Origin: an uncultured Erysipelotrichaceae bacterium
GTDB taxonomy: Bacteria; Bacillota_I; Bacilli_A; RF39; UBA660
Direction of reading: 5' to 3'
Length of the DNA stretch: 42,545 nucleotides
Assembly (NCBI GenBank): GCA_902797275.1
Contig: CADBSI010000024.1
Span: 1-42,545, forward strand
Shown here: one piece after another, positions 1 through 8,183 of the stretch
How the letters are laid out: each line of letters starts with the position of its first letter
Numbering within the stretch: the first letter of the stretch is position 1
Translations under genes and position numbers: made by a program
The notes under the pieces: generated by a model
Seen by the model: the letters and a program-made list of their open reading frames with translations, nothing else
Told to the model about the DNA's origin: nothing
The model's database searches: none

Positions 1-250
1 AGTTATAAATTAGCATATTATATAAAGCTAGAAAATCATAAAATTTAATATTATAATCATTCATAAAAAATTCCTTTCTATTTCTTATATATGTAAAAAT
101 TTTAAAATTTTTACAGGAAATATTATTTTACTAGTTTTATTTCTTTTGTCAAGTAGAAAAATTTAAAAAATATAAATTATTACTATAATTTTTTTAAACT
201 TTATGGTATGATATTATCATGATGGGGTGTTAGGCTAAAAAGGAGTTATT

Positions 251-1954
251 ATGGATGATGCAAAAAAATTAATTATTATATCATCATGTATATTATTGAT
301 AATAATAATAGTAGTCATAATTATCATATTAAATAAAAACAAAAAGAAACAGATGCGAAAGAAAATAAATAATTTAGATGTAATTAAAAATGATGTATTG
401 TCATTACCATTATTATCAGAAATAGAAAAAGTATCTAGTTTAACTAAAGGAGAACAATTAGAAGAAAAAATAAATAATTATAAAAAGGTTTATGAAGATT
501 TAAAAAATAATTCTTTTAAAAAAATTGAAGATATGATTTTAGAATTAGATTTTCTTGTTCAAGAAAAACCAAAAGATTTTAATTATAAATATTCTTTAAT
601 TGAGTTAGAATTATATAAAAATCGTTATTTAATAAATCATATTTTAGAAGAACTTAAAGAATTAACATCATATGAAGATAAGTATCGTGGTTTAATTGTT
701 AAATTAAAAAATAAATATCGAATAATTAACAGAGAATACGAAAGTAATAAAGATTTATATGGTGTATTAACTGATACTATAGATATGCAATTTGAAAATA
801 TTGAAAAAAGATTTCAAGACTTTGAAATTGTTATAAATGAAAATTTATATAATGAAGTTGTATTAGTAGTACGTTCTCTTGAAAATATGATTGATCATAT
901 GGGAGCAATTATTTTAGAACTACCTGATATTTTAGTTTTATTAAATGATTTAATACCATCAAGAATAAAAGAATTAGAAGTATTAAGAACTAGTATTCAA
1001 GAAGAAGGCTTTACTTTAACTTTTATGAATCTTGATTATAACTTAGCAGAGATAGAAAAAATAGAAAATGATATTGTAGATAGATCTAAAGTATTAAATA
1101 TTGATAATAGTTTAATAGAATTAAAAACTATTTTAGAATTTTTAGATTCTTTATTTAAAGATATAGAAAAAGAAAAAGTTTATAAAAAAGACTTTGATGC
1201 TTCTTCTTATTCATTTGATCAAAGACTTAGTAATTTAAAAAATACCTTAAGAGATATTTATAAACAATTAGATGATATTAAAGTAATGTATGGTTTAAAT
1301 GATGAAGATTTAAAAGATTTAGAAACTATTAGTCTTAATTATAATGATTTAGTAAAAGAATATAAAGCTTTGATTAGAAAAGTTAAAAAACAAGAATTTT
1401 CTTATGGTAAAATAAATGTTTATTTAAATGAATTATCTGGTAATTTAAAATTATTAGAAGATAATTTAGATTTAACTTTAAAGAATTTAGGTAGTATGCA
1501 AGATGATGAAGAAAGAGCAAGAGATCAATTAGAAGAAGTTCAAGAATTGCTTAAAATATGTAAAAGACAAATACAAAGTGTTAAAATACCAGTTGTTGCT
1601 AATAATTATTTTGTTGAATTAAGCGAAGCCAATGAAGCTATTTTAGAAATAATTAAAGAACTTGCTAAGAAACCAATTGTAATTAAAACTTTAAATACTA
1701 GAGTTGATACAGCTAGAGATTTAGTTTTTAAACTTTATAATACTACTAAAAATATTATAAAAAATGCTTATATTTCTGAAAATTTAATTGTTTATGCTAA
1801 TAGATATCGTAGTTCTTCAAGTGATGTTATGAAAAATTTAAATAAAGCTGAAGTAATGTTTTATAAAGGTAATTATGAAGGATCATTAAAATTAGTATTA
1901 GATTTATTAGATAAATTAGAACCTGGTTTTAAAACTAAGATAAATAGTATATAA
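251..1954 (+). CDS. ezrA: Septation ring formation regulator EzrA
   Basis: 567 aa. A single N-terminal TM anchor (IIISSCILLIIIIVVIIIIL) is followed by about 530 aa of charged coiled-coil sequence. AGGAG RBS upstream. Sits next to iscS-thiI-SASP, as ezrA neighbours nifZ-thiI-sspB in Bacillus. Confidence 0.75.
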   Translation: MDDAKKLIIISSCILLIIIIVVIIIILNKNKKKQMRKKINNLDVIKNDVLSLPLLSEIEKVSSLTKGEQLEEKINNYKKVYEDLKNNSFKKIEDMILELDFLVQEKPKDFNYKYSLIELELYKNRYLINHILEELKELTSYEDKYRGLIVKLKNKYRIINREYESNKDLYGVLTDTIDMQFENIEKRFQDFEIVINENLYNEVVLVVRSLENMIDHMGAIILELPDILVLLNDLIPSRIKELEVLRTSIQEEGFTLTFMNLDYNLAEIEKIENDIVDRSKVLNIDNSLIELKTILEFLDSLFKDIEKEKVYKKDFDASSYSFDQRLSNLKNTLRDIYKQLDDIKVMYGLNDEDLKDLETISLNYNDLVKEYKALIRKVKKQEFSYGKINVYLNELSGNLKLLEDNLDLTLKNLGSMQDDEERARDQLEEVQELLKICKRQIQSVKIPVVANNYFVELSEANEAILEIIKELAKKPIVIKTLNTRVDTARDLVFKLYNTTKNIIKNAYISENLIVYANRYRSSSSDVMKNLNKAEVMFYKGNYEGSLKLVLDLLDKLEPGFKTKINSI

Positions 1955-1979
1955 GAGTTGTTTTTACAATTCTTTTTTT
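1953..1979 (+). terminator. Weak intrinsic terminator after ezrA
   Basis: AAGAGTTG (1953-1960) pairs with CAATTCTT (1967-1974), including one G-T pair, and runs into a T-tract. The stem is AT-rich, so the hairpin is weak. Confidence 0.4.
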
Positions 1980-1985
1980 AAATAC

Positions 1986-2014
1986 TTGATTATTTTTAAT
2001 TAATTTGGTATTAT
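1986..2014 (+). promoter_or_regulatory. Candidate sigma-A promoter for iscS-thiI
   Basis: TTGATT (1986-1991), 17-nt spacer, TATTAT (2009-2014), about 25 nt before the iscS ATG. Confidence 0.35.
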
Positions 2015-2038
2015 TTTGGAAGTAAAAAGAGGTGTTTT

Positions 2039-3172
2039 ATGGTTTATTTAGATTATAGTGCTACTACTTTAGTTAATGATGATGTTTTAAATACTTTTAC
2101 CAAAGTTAGTAAAGAATTTCCTGGTAATGCTAATTCTTTACATGATTTAGGTCTTAAAAGTCGAGATTTAATGAAATCATCAGTTAAACAAATAGCTGAT
2201 TTATTAAATGTATTTGAAGATGAAATAATTTTAACAAGTGGAGCAAGTGAAGCTAATAACTTAGCTTTAAAAGGAATTGCTTTTAAATATAAAAATCGGG
2301 GTAAACATATAATAAGTACAAAACTAGAACATTCAAGTGTTTTAAATACTTTAAATTATTTAGAAACTCTTGGTTATGAAATTGATTATTTGGAAATATT
2401 ACCAGATGGAAAAATTGATTTAAATGATTTAAAAAAGAAAATTAGAGATGATACTATTTTAGTTAGTATAAGTCAAGTAAACTCAGAGATTGGAATAATT
2501 CAAGATATAGATTTAATTGGAAAAATTTTAAAAGAATATAAAAAAATTATTTTTCATGTTGATGGAACTCAAGCTGTTGGTAAAATTAAAGTTAATTTAG
2601 CAAGTGTTGATTTATATTCCTTTTCAGGTCATAAAATATATGGTTTAGATGGAGTAGGATGTCTAGTTAAAAAAAGAGGTATTGAATTAACACCTCTTAT
2701 TCATGGGGGAAAAAGTCAAACAATATATAGAAGTGGAACACCTTGTGTTGCTTTGTATGCAAGTTTAGCTAAAGCTTTAAGACTTGTTTTAACTGATTTT
2801 AATGAAAAATATAATCATGTAAAAGAATTAAATGAATATTTAAAAGATAAATTACAAGAAATAGATGGAGTTATAATAAATAGTAATAGTAATTGTGTTT
2901 ATCATATTGTTAATTTAAGTGTTTTAGGAATAAAACCTGAAACTATGCTACATGCTTTAGCTAGTAAAGATATTTATATTTCAACTAAAACCGCTTGTAG
3001 TGATGATGCTAGTTTATCTTTAAGTGTTTTAGAATTTACTAAAAATAAAGATTTAGCTAAAAGTAGTATAAGAATTAGTTTATCTTATTTAACTACAAAA
3101 GAAGAAATAGATTATTTTTTAACTGTATTTAAAGAAAAAATAAATGAATTAAGATTTAAGAAAGGGGAATAA
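2039..3172 (+). CDS. iscS: Cysteine desulfurase (class V aminotransferase, NifZ/IscS type, ThiI partner)
   Basis: 377 aa. PLP-lysine motif FSGHKIYG, late active-site Cys (KTACSDD). GAGGTG RBS. Lies directly upstream of thiI. Confidence 0.85.
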   Translation: MVYLDYSATTLVNDDVLNTFTKVSKEFPGNANSLHDLGLKSRDLMKSSVKQIADLLNVFEDEIILTSGASEANNLALKGIAFKYKNRGKHIISTKLEHSSVLNTLNYLETLGYEIDYLEILPDGKIDLNDLKKKIRDDTILVSISQVNSEIGIIQDIDLIGKILKEYKKIIFHVDGTQAVGKIKVNLASVDLYSFSGHKIYGLDGVGCLVKKRGIELTPLIHGGKSQTIYRSGTPCVALYASLAKALRLVLTDFNEKYNHVKELNEYLKDKLQEIDGVIINSNSNCVYHIVNLSVLGIKPETMLHALASKDIYISTKTACSDDASLSLSVLEFTKNKDLAKSSIRISLSYLTTKEEIDYFLTVFKEKINELRFKKGE

Positions 3173-3177
3173 TAAAG

Positions 3178-4377
3178 ATGAATAGAATAATTTTAATAAA
3201 GTATGGTGAATTAACAACTAAAAAAAGTAATAGAAAGTTTTTTATTAATACTTTATATAATAATATTATAAAAAAATGTAAAGATTTAAATGTTATAATT
3301 TCTAAAGATATATCAAGAATGTATATAGAATATGAAAGTTTAGATGAAGAGTTAGTAATTAAAAGAATAGGGGAGGTATTTGGTATTCATGCATATTCAA
3401 TTGCTTATAAGACTTTAACTAATTTAGATAGTATTAAAAGTACTATTAGAGAGATTATAGAAGATTTAGATAAAGATAAAAAATATACATTTAAGGTTGA
3501 AACCAAAAGAAGTTATAAAAAATTTTTAATGAATTCTATGGAATGTAATGATGAATTTGGAAGTTTCATTTTAAAAAATTATAAAAATTTTAAGGTAGAT
3601 GTACATAATCCATCTTTAACTTTTCATGTTGAAATTAGAGAGAATTATTCATATGTTTATTTAAATGAATATAAAGGTATTGGTGGTTATCCTGTTGGAA
3701 CACTTGGACATGCTATGTTGATGCTATCAGGGGGAATTGATTCTCCAGTTGCTGGGTATTTGGCTCTTAAAAGAGGAATTAAATTAGATTTAGTATATTT
3801 TGAAGCAATTCCCCATACTTCACTTGAAGCTAGAAACAAGGTTATTGAACTTTCTAAAAAGTTAAGTATATATGGTGGAGAAATGCGTTTAATAATTGTT
3901 CCTTTTACCAAACTTCAAGAAAATATTTATAAAAATGTTTCAGAGAATTACTCTATTACTATTATGCGCAGAATGATGTATCGTATTATGGAAAAACTTA
4001 CCTTACGTTTTAAAAGTTTAGCTATTATTAATGGAGAATCGGTAGGACAAGTTGCTAGTCAAACATTAACTAGTATGTCTGTTATAAATAATGTTACAAA
4101 TATTCCTGTTATTCGTCCAGTTGCTTGTCTTGATAAATTGGAAATAATTGATATAAGTAAAAAAATTGATACATATGATATAAGTATTTTACCATATGAA
4201 GATTGTTGTACTATCTTTGTACCACGTCATCCGGTTATAAATCCAGTTTTATCAGAATGTATTAAAATGGAAAGTACTTTTAATTATGAAGAAATGATAG
4301 ATGAAATACTTGCTAATTTAAATATAATTACTATTACTCCAGATATGGATAAAAATAAATATGATGATATATTATAA
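3178..4377 (+). CDS. thiI: tRNA 4-thiouridine(8) synthase / thiazole sulfur carrier ThiI
   Basis: 399 aa. PP-loop SGGIDSPVA, N-terminal THUMP-like region, correct size, and pairing with the cysteine desulfurase. Confidence 0.9.
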   Translation: MNRIILIKYGELTTKKSNRKFFINTLYNNIIKKCKDLNVIISKDISRMYIEYESLDEELVIKRIGEVFGIHAYSIAYKTLTNLDSIKSTIREIIEDLDKDKKYTFKVETKRSYKKFLMNSMECNDEFGSFILKNYKNFKVDVHNPSLTFHVEIRENYSYVYLNEYKGIGGYPVGTLGHAMLMLSGGIDSPVAGYLALKRGIKLDLVYFEAIPHTSLEARNKVIELSKKLSIYGGEMRLIIVPFTKLQENIYKNVSENYSITIMRRMMYRIMEKLTLRFKSLAIINGESVGQVASQTLTSMSVINNVTNIPVIRPVACLDKLEIIDISKKIDTYDISILPYEDCCTIFVPRHPVINPVLSECIKMESTFNYEEMIDEILANLNIITITPDMDKNKYDDIL

Positions 4378-4380
4378 TTT

Positions 4381-4417
4381 AAAATATTCTTATTAATTAT
4401 TAATGAGAATATTTTTT
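4381..4417 (+). terminator. Intrinsic terminator after thiI
   Basis: A 14-bp stem: AAAATATTCTTATT (4381-4394) pairs with AATGAGAATATTTT (4402-4415), with one G-T pair. The loop is AATTATT and a T-run follows. Confidence 0.5.
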
Positions 4418-4498
4418 AAAAAATAGGAAAAATTTACCAGTTAATAAATCGTATAAAAAGAGTAATTTGTAGCAATCTATTAGTGTGGAGGTGAAACA

Positions 4499-4717
4499 AT
4501 GAACTCAAATAAAGATGCTTTAAAGATGAGAGTTCCAGGTGCTAAACAAGCTATCGATAAAATGAAATATGAAATAGCTAGCGAATTTGGTGTTAATTTA
4601 GGACCAGATACTACATCTCGTGCTAATGGATCTGTAGGTGGAGAAATTACTAAAAGATTAGTACAAAATGGATTAAACCATATTAGTGGAAGTTATAATA
4701 CTAACCAAAACTATTAA
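4499..4717 (+). CDS. Small acid-soluble spore protein, alpha/beta type
   Basis: 72 aa with the canonical SASP blocks [10 protein letters not shown] and [28 protein letters not shown]. Position after thiI mirrors Bacillus sspB. Confidence 0.95.
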   Translation: MNSNKDALKMRVPGAKQAIDKMKYEIASEFGVNLGPDTTSRANGSVGGEITKRLVQNGLNHISGSYNTNQNY

Positions 4718-4734
4718 TTTAAACCATAAATAAG

Positions 4735-4777
4735 AAATTAGTTCCTTTAAGATTGGTTAAGGGAACTAATTTTTATT
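4735..4777 (+). terminator. Intrinsic terminator after the SASP gene
   Basis: AAATTAGTTCC (4735-4745) pairs with GGAACTAATTT (4762-4772). The stem can extend by wobble pairs and is followed by TTTTT. Confidence 0.7.
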
Positions 4778-4795
4778 ATGATTTTTTTTTGAAAT

Positions 4796-4824
4796 TTGAC
4801 AGATTAGTAAAAATATGGTATAAT
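4796..4824 (+). promoter_or_regulatory. Near-consensus sigma-A promoter with extended -10
   Basis: TTGACA (4796-4801), exact 17-nt spacer, TGgTATAAT (TG 4816-4817, TATAAT 4819-4824). Located about 45 nt upstream of the 243-aa ORF. Confidence 0.6.
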
Positions 4825-4867
4825 CAAGCCACTTATCGTATTATGGGCTTAAATAGTTGGGGGTTGT

Positions 4868-5599
4868 ATGAAAGAATTGAATTTTACTAGTCAAGATTTA
4901 AAAGAATATATAGATGAAGGTACTTTAATAAGTGATAGTGGTAGTTTTGGTTCAGTTTTTTTACACGGGAAAGATTTAATAAAACTTAAGAAAAATTTGT
5001 ATCAATTATTAAAAATTAATAGAAAAGAGGTAGCTTCATTTGTTGTTGAAGACGTTTATAGATGGGGAAAAACTCCTTTTGTTGAAAAAAAACAGATAGA
5101 AGACTTACAAGAAAAACAAAAAAATGTAAAATTAACTGAATTTGATAAAGGAATAGTTTTGGTAAATGGAACAATATGTGGTACCATCCTTGCTAATCAC
5201 ATAGAATATAAAGATTTAACATATTATGATGATTTAGACTTAATAACAATGTTAAAAATATTAGAAAATGTTTTATTAGCTCTAAAGGAGTTAGATGATA
5301 ATAAAGTAAGCCATTTAGATTTATGCAAAGGAGAAAGATTTAATCCTACTTTAAATATTTTATATAAAGGTACAGATATAAAATTATGTGATTTAAGTGG
5401 AGAATTTATTACTTATGATAATACTTTTAATCCTGCTGAAATGTATTTAGAGTATGCTAAAACTATTAATTTTCTTATTAAAAAAATAATTAAGAAAGAT
5501 AAATCTATGAAAAGTTTATTTGCAAATTTATCTTATGATGCAACATCTTATGAAGAATCACTTACACTTTTAGAAGATATTAAAAAATTAATTAAATAG
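4868..5599 (+). CDS. Minimal protein-kinase-like fold protein (RIO/Bud32-sized), function unknown
   Basis: 243 aa. Gly-rich loop SGSFGSVF followed by LIKLKK (candidate VAIK Lys). Catalytic-loop-like SHLDLCKGE..N and DFG-like IKLCDLSG. No activation-loop or APE region. GGGGG RBS. Confidence 0.4.
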   Translation: MKELNFTSQDLKEYIDEGTLISDSGSFGSVFLHGKDLIKLKKNLYQLLKINRKEVASFVVEDVYRWGKTPFVEKKQIEDLQEKQKNVKLTEFDKGIVLVNGTICGTILANHIEYKDLTYYDDLDLITMLKILENVLLALKELDDNKVSHLDLCKGERFNPTLNILYKGTDIKLCDLSGEFITYDNTFNPAEMYLEYAKTINFLIKKIIKKDKSMKSLFANLSYDATSYEESLTLLEDIKKLIK

Positions 5600-5607
5600 G
5601 AGGAATT

Positions 5608-6447
5608 ATGATTAATTTAAATGAATTTAATAGAAATAAAATAATAAAACTAATTAATGATATTCAAAATTGTAATGAGGATTATATATTATATGTTATT
5701 GATGTTGATGATGTAGTATATAATACTGAACCTGTTATGCAAAAAGTATTAATGTCAATAGATCCACGTGCAACAAAGAAATATCGTGAAAAAATAGCTA
5801 GAGAAACTTCTGAAGACTCTGCTTACGAAACTACTAAGTCATTTGCTATTTTGGATTCTATTTTAGAAGAAACTCCTTATGTTGATGAAAAGGAAAATGG
5901 TACATATCAAACAAATGTATACCCAAAAATAGATTATGAAAAAATATATGCTTTAGAAAATTTAATGCCAAATGCTGTTTTTAATATAAATGAAATGCTA
6001 AAAAATCGAAAGAAAAATGAATTCTTTATTTACTTATCTCATATTAATCCTATTAGAGAAGGTGTAATTAAAACGAGACGCTTATATGAACTTACTCCTG
6101 ATATAGATGCTGTTATGACTTTACCATATCATATTAAACCAGGTATTAAAGAAGTAAGTAGTAAAGCTGCTTTTCTAAAAAATTCTTTAGCTTTAGATAC
6201 TTTAGAAAATTGTATTTTAATAGATAACAGTAAAAGTAATGGAAGAGATTGGCGTAGCCATGGAGGAACAGATATTCGCTTTTTACCAGAAGGTCATGAT
6301 GCAAATGTGGATTTAATGGATAGAATTATGAAACTTACATATATTGATCCTTACGCTATTTGTAATAGTGTAGTTTTAATAAACTACTTAAAAACTAATC
6401 AAAATTATTGTATGGAAGAAGATACTAAAAAATTAATTAAAAGATAA
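5608..6447 (+). CDS. HAD-superfamily-like hydrolase, possibly 5'(3')-nucleotidase type; function unknown
   Basis: 279 aa. Hydrophobic run plus DVDDV (DxDxV motif I) at YVIDVDDVVYNT. Late LIDNSKSN resembles the acidic motif IV region. AGGAGG RBS 8 nt after the stop of the preceding ORF. Confidence 0.35.
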   Translation: MINLNEFNRNKIIKLINDIQNCNEDYILYVIDVDDVVYNTEPVMQKVLMSIDPRATKKYREKIARETSEDSAYETTKSFAILDSILEETPYVDEKENGTYQTNVYPKIDYEKIYALENLMPNAVFNINEMLKNRKKNEFFIYLSHINPIREGVIKTRRLYELTPDIDAVMTLPYHIKPGIKEVSSKAAFLKNSLALDTLENCILIDNSKSNGRDWRSHGGTDIRFLPEGHDANVDLMDRIMKLTYIDPYAICNSVVLINYLKTNQNYCMEEDTKKLIKR

Positions 6448-6451
6448 CAAT

Positions 6452-6480
6452 AAACCTCGTAATTGAACGAGGTTTATTTT
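6452..6480. terminator. Bidirectional intrinsic terminator
   Basis: AAACCTCGT (6452-6460), loop AATTGA, ACGAGGTTT (6467-6475). Flanked by an A-run and a T-run between convergent genes. Confidence 0.75.
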
Positions 6481-6739
6481 AGTAATAAATATTTGTATTA
6501 AAATAAGGTGGATAATAAGGCATTGGTTGATTAGGAGGAAAATATACTGGAATTGGTCCTTGATTATTATAATTTGGTCTTCCTACTAAATAACCACCAA
6601 CTCCACCTAATAAAAATGGTGCTAAAAATCCACCACCTATAAATCTATCTCCATTATTATAATAAGTTGTAGTAGGATAATTTTTATAATTCTTTTGATA
6701 ATTATTCCTATTTTGTGGTATATTATAATTAGTATACAT
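6479..6739 (-). CDS. Small Tyr/Asn/Pro/Gly-rich protein with a central glycine-zipper hydrophobic segment
   Basis: 86 aa. Good AAAGGAG RBS 7 nt upstream on the minus strand and its own terminator. Low-complexity N/Y/P ends flank GGGFLAPFLLGGVGGYLVG. Confidence 0.55.
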   Translation of the reverse strand: MYTNYNIPQNRNNYQKNYKNYPTTTYYNNGDRFIGGGFLAPFLLGGVGGYLVGRPNYNNQGPIPVYFPPNQPMPYYPPYFNTNIYY

Positions 6740-6785
6740 AAAATACTCCTTTCTCTGTATTTTATGTTAATGAAAGGATTTGTTT

Positions 6786-7883
6786 ATGGAAAGAGTTAAA
6801 AAATTAAGTGAAACAATTGTTAATCATAGTTTACAAGTTAAAAAAGGTGATAAGGTTTTAATAACTTATCAATCAAATGAATGTAATTATTTTATAAAAA
6901 CTTTAATTAAAGAAATATTAGTTCAAGGGGGAATTCCGACCGTTAAATATCTTGATCCTGAGTTTGAAAATATAATTAAAGAAAACTTAAATGATAATAT
7001 AATAGAAAATAAGAAAAATATTTTTAAATTTGAAGTCGAGGAATATGATTGTTTTATTCAAATAAGATATACTACAAGCGATTATTATGATAAGAATGTT
7101 GATAGAGATTTAAATAATAAATTAAAAGAAGAACTTAGTCCTTTTAAAGATATTGAAATTAATCAAAGAAGATGGATACTTTTAAATTATCCAAGTTATG
7201 TAGATGCTTATAAAGCTAAGACTAGTTATGAAAGTTTCTTTAATTTTGCTTTTGATACTATGACAGTTGATTATGACAAGATGCATAAGTCGATGCTACC
7301 TTTAAAAAAACTAATGGAAAACACGGATAAAGTAAGAATTACAGCACCTGGAACTGATATTACTTTTAGTATTAAAGGATTACCTGCAATTATTTGCTCA
7401 GGTGAAGCTAATATTCCAGATGGGGAAGTATTTACAGCACCTATTAAAGATAGTGTTAATGGAACAATTACTTATAATACTCCATCTCCATATAATGGTA
7501 ATATCTTTCATGATGTTAGTTTAACATTTAAAGATGGAAAAATTATTAAAGCAACATCAAGAGAAGGTGATGATGAAATAAATAAAATATTTGATACTGA
7601 TGAAGGTAGTAGATATATAGGAGAATTTTCACTTGGTTTGAATCCTATGATAATGCATCCGATTGGAGACATTTTATATGATGAAAAAATAGCAGGTAGT
7701 ATTCATTTTACTCCAGGGTCTGCTTATAAGGAATGCTATAATGGAAATGATTCTAATATTCACTGGGACATGGTTTTAATTCAAAGAAGTGATTATGGTG
7801 GTGGAAATATCTATTTTGATGATAAATTAATTCGAGAAAATGGAATATTTGTTCTTGATGAATTAAAAGATTTAAATTACTAA
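6786..7883 (+). CDS. Aminopeptidase, M29 (AmpS/PepS) family
   Basis: About 365 aa. C-terminal blocks GEFSLGLNP and EKIAGSIHFTPGSAY are typical of M29. I moved the start from the TTG at 6780 to the ATG at 6786, because the AAAGGA RBS (6773-6778) abuts the TTG. Confidence 0.8.
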   Translation: MERVKKLSETIVNHSLQVKKGDKVLITYQSNECNYFIKTLIKEILVQGGIPTVKYLDPEFENIIKENLNDNIIENKKNIFKFEVEEYDCFIQIRYTTSDYYDKNVDRDLNNKLKEELSPFKDIEINQRRWILLNYPSYVDAYKAKTSYESFFNFAFDTMTVDYDKMHKSMLPLKKLMENTDKVRITAPGTDITFSIKGLPAIICSGEANIPDGEVFTAPIKDSVNGTITYNTPSPYNGNIFHDVSLTFKDGKIIKATSREGDDEINKIFDTDEGSRYIGEFSLGLNPMIMHPIGDILYDEKIAGSIHFTPGSAYKECYNGNDSNIHWDMVLIQRSDYGGGNIYFDDKLIRENGIFVLDELKDLNY

Positions 7884-7915
7884 TATAAAAAATAAAAAAT
7901 TTATAGATAAACTTA

Positions 7916-7945
7916 TTGACTTTTATAAAAAAATGGTTATATAAT
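7916..7945 (+). promoter_or_regulatory. Sigma-A promoter of the asnS leader
   Basis: TTGACT (7916-7921), 18-nt spacer, TATAAT (7940-7945), just upstream of the T-box leader. Confidence 0.55.
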
Positions 7946-7954
7946 ATAACTAAT

Positions 7955-8172
7955 TAAAGCGTTGATGCAGAGAAGTATTATATTTAGCTCCTTTTAGAGA
8001 GTTAATGGTCGGTGAAAATTAACAGGAAGAATATAAGAATAACACTGTGGAGCATATTTCTGAAATTAGTAGGAAATATCGGTTTATAACCGTTATCAAA
8101 AAGAGATATCAGCACTGATAAGAAGAGTGGTACCGTGATTAGTCGCCTCTTTTGATCGGTGCTTTTATTTTT
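7955..8172 (+). promoter_or_regulatory. T-box leader (tRNA-Asn sensing) with terminator/antiterminator
   Basis: 5' GA/K-turn element AGCGTTGATGCAGAGAAGTA. AGAGAG box and distal-loop GGTCGGTGAAA. Candidate specifier AAC (8041-8043) followed by A. T-box sequence AGAGTGGTACCGTG (8124-8137). Terminator arms 8112-8127 and 8147-8162, then TTTTATTTTT. Confidence 0.85.
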
Positions 8173-8183
8173 AAGGAGGATGT

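Noticed and set aside
93-114. 22-bp perfect palindrome GTAAAAATTTTAAAATTTTTAC upstream of ezrA
   Set aside because: It is composed almost entirely of A/T, has no loop, and has no adjacent gene end or promoter logic. It is likely chance in DNA of this composition.
3687-3911. 74-aa minus-strand ORF inside thiI
   Set aside because: It lies entirely antisense within the well-supported thiI CDS. It has no RBS, and its composition mirrors thiI.
4451-4479. SigG-type promoter for the SASP gene (GTATA-N17-CAATCTA)
   Set aside because: The match to GHATR-N17/18-CATXHTA is reasonable. However, the implied transcription start (~4486) falls on the GGAGG RBS. I cannot support the call without 5'-end data.
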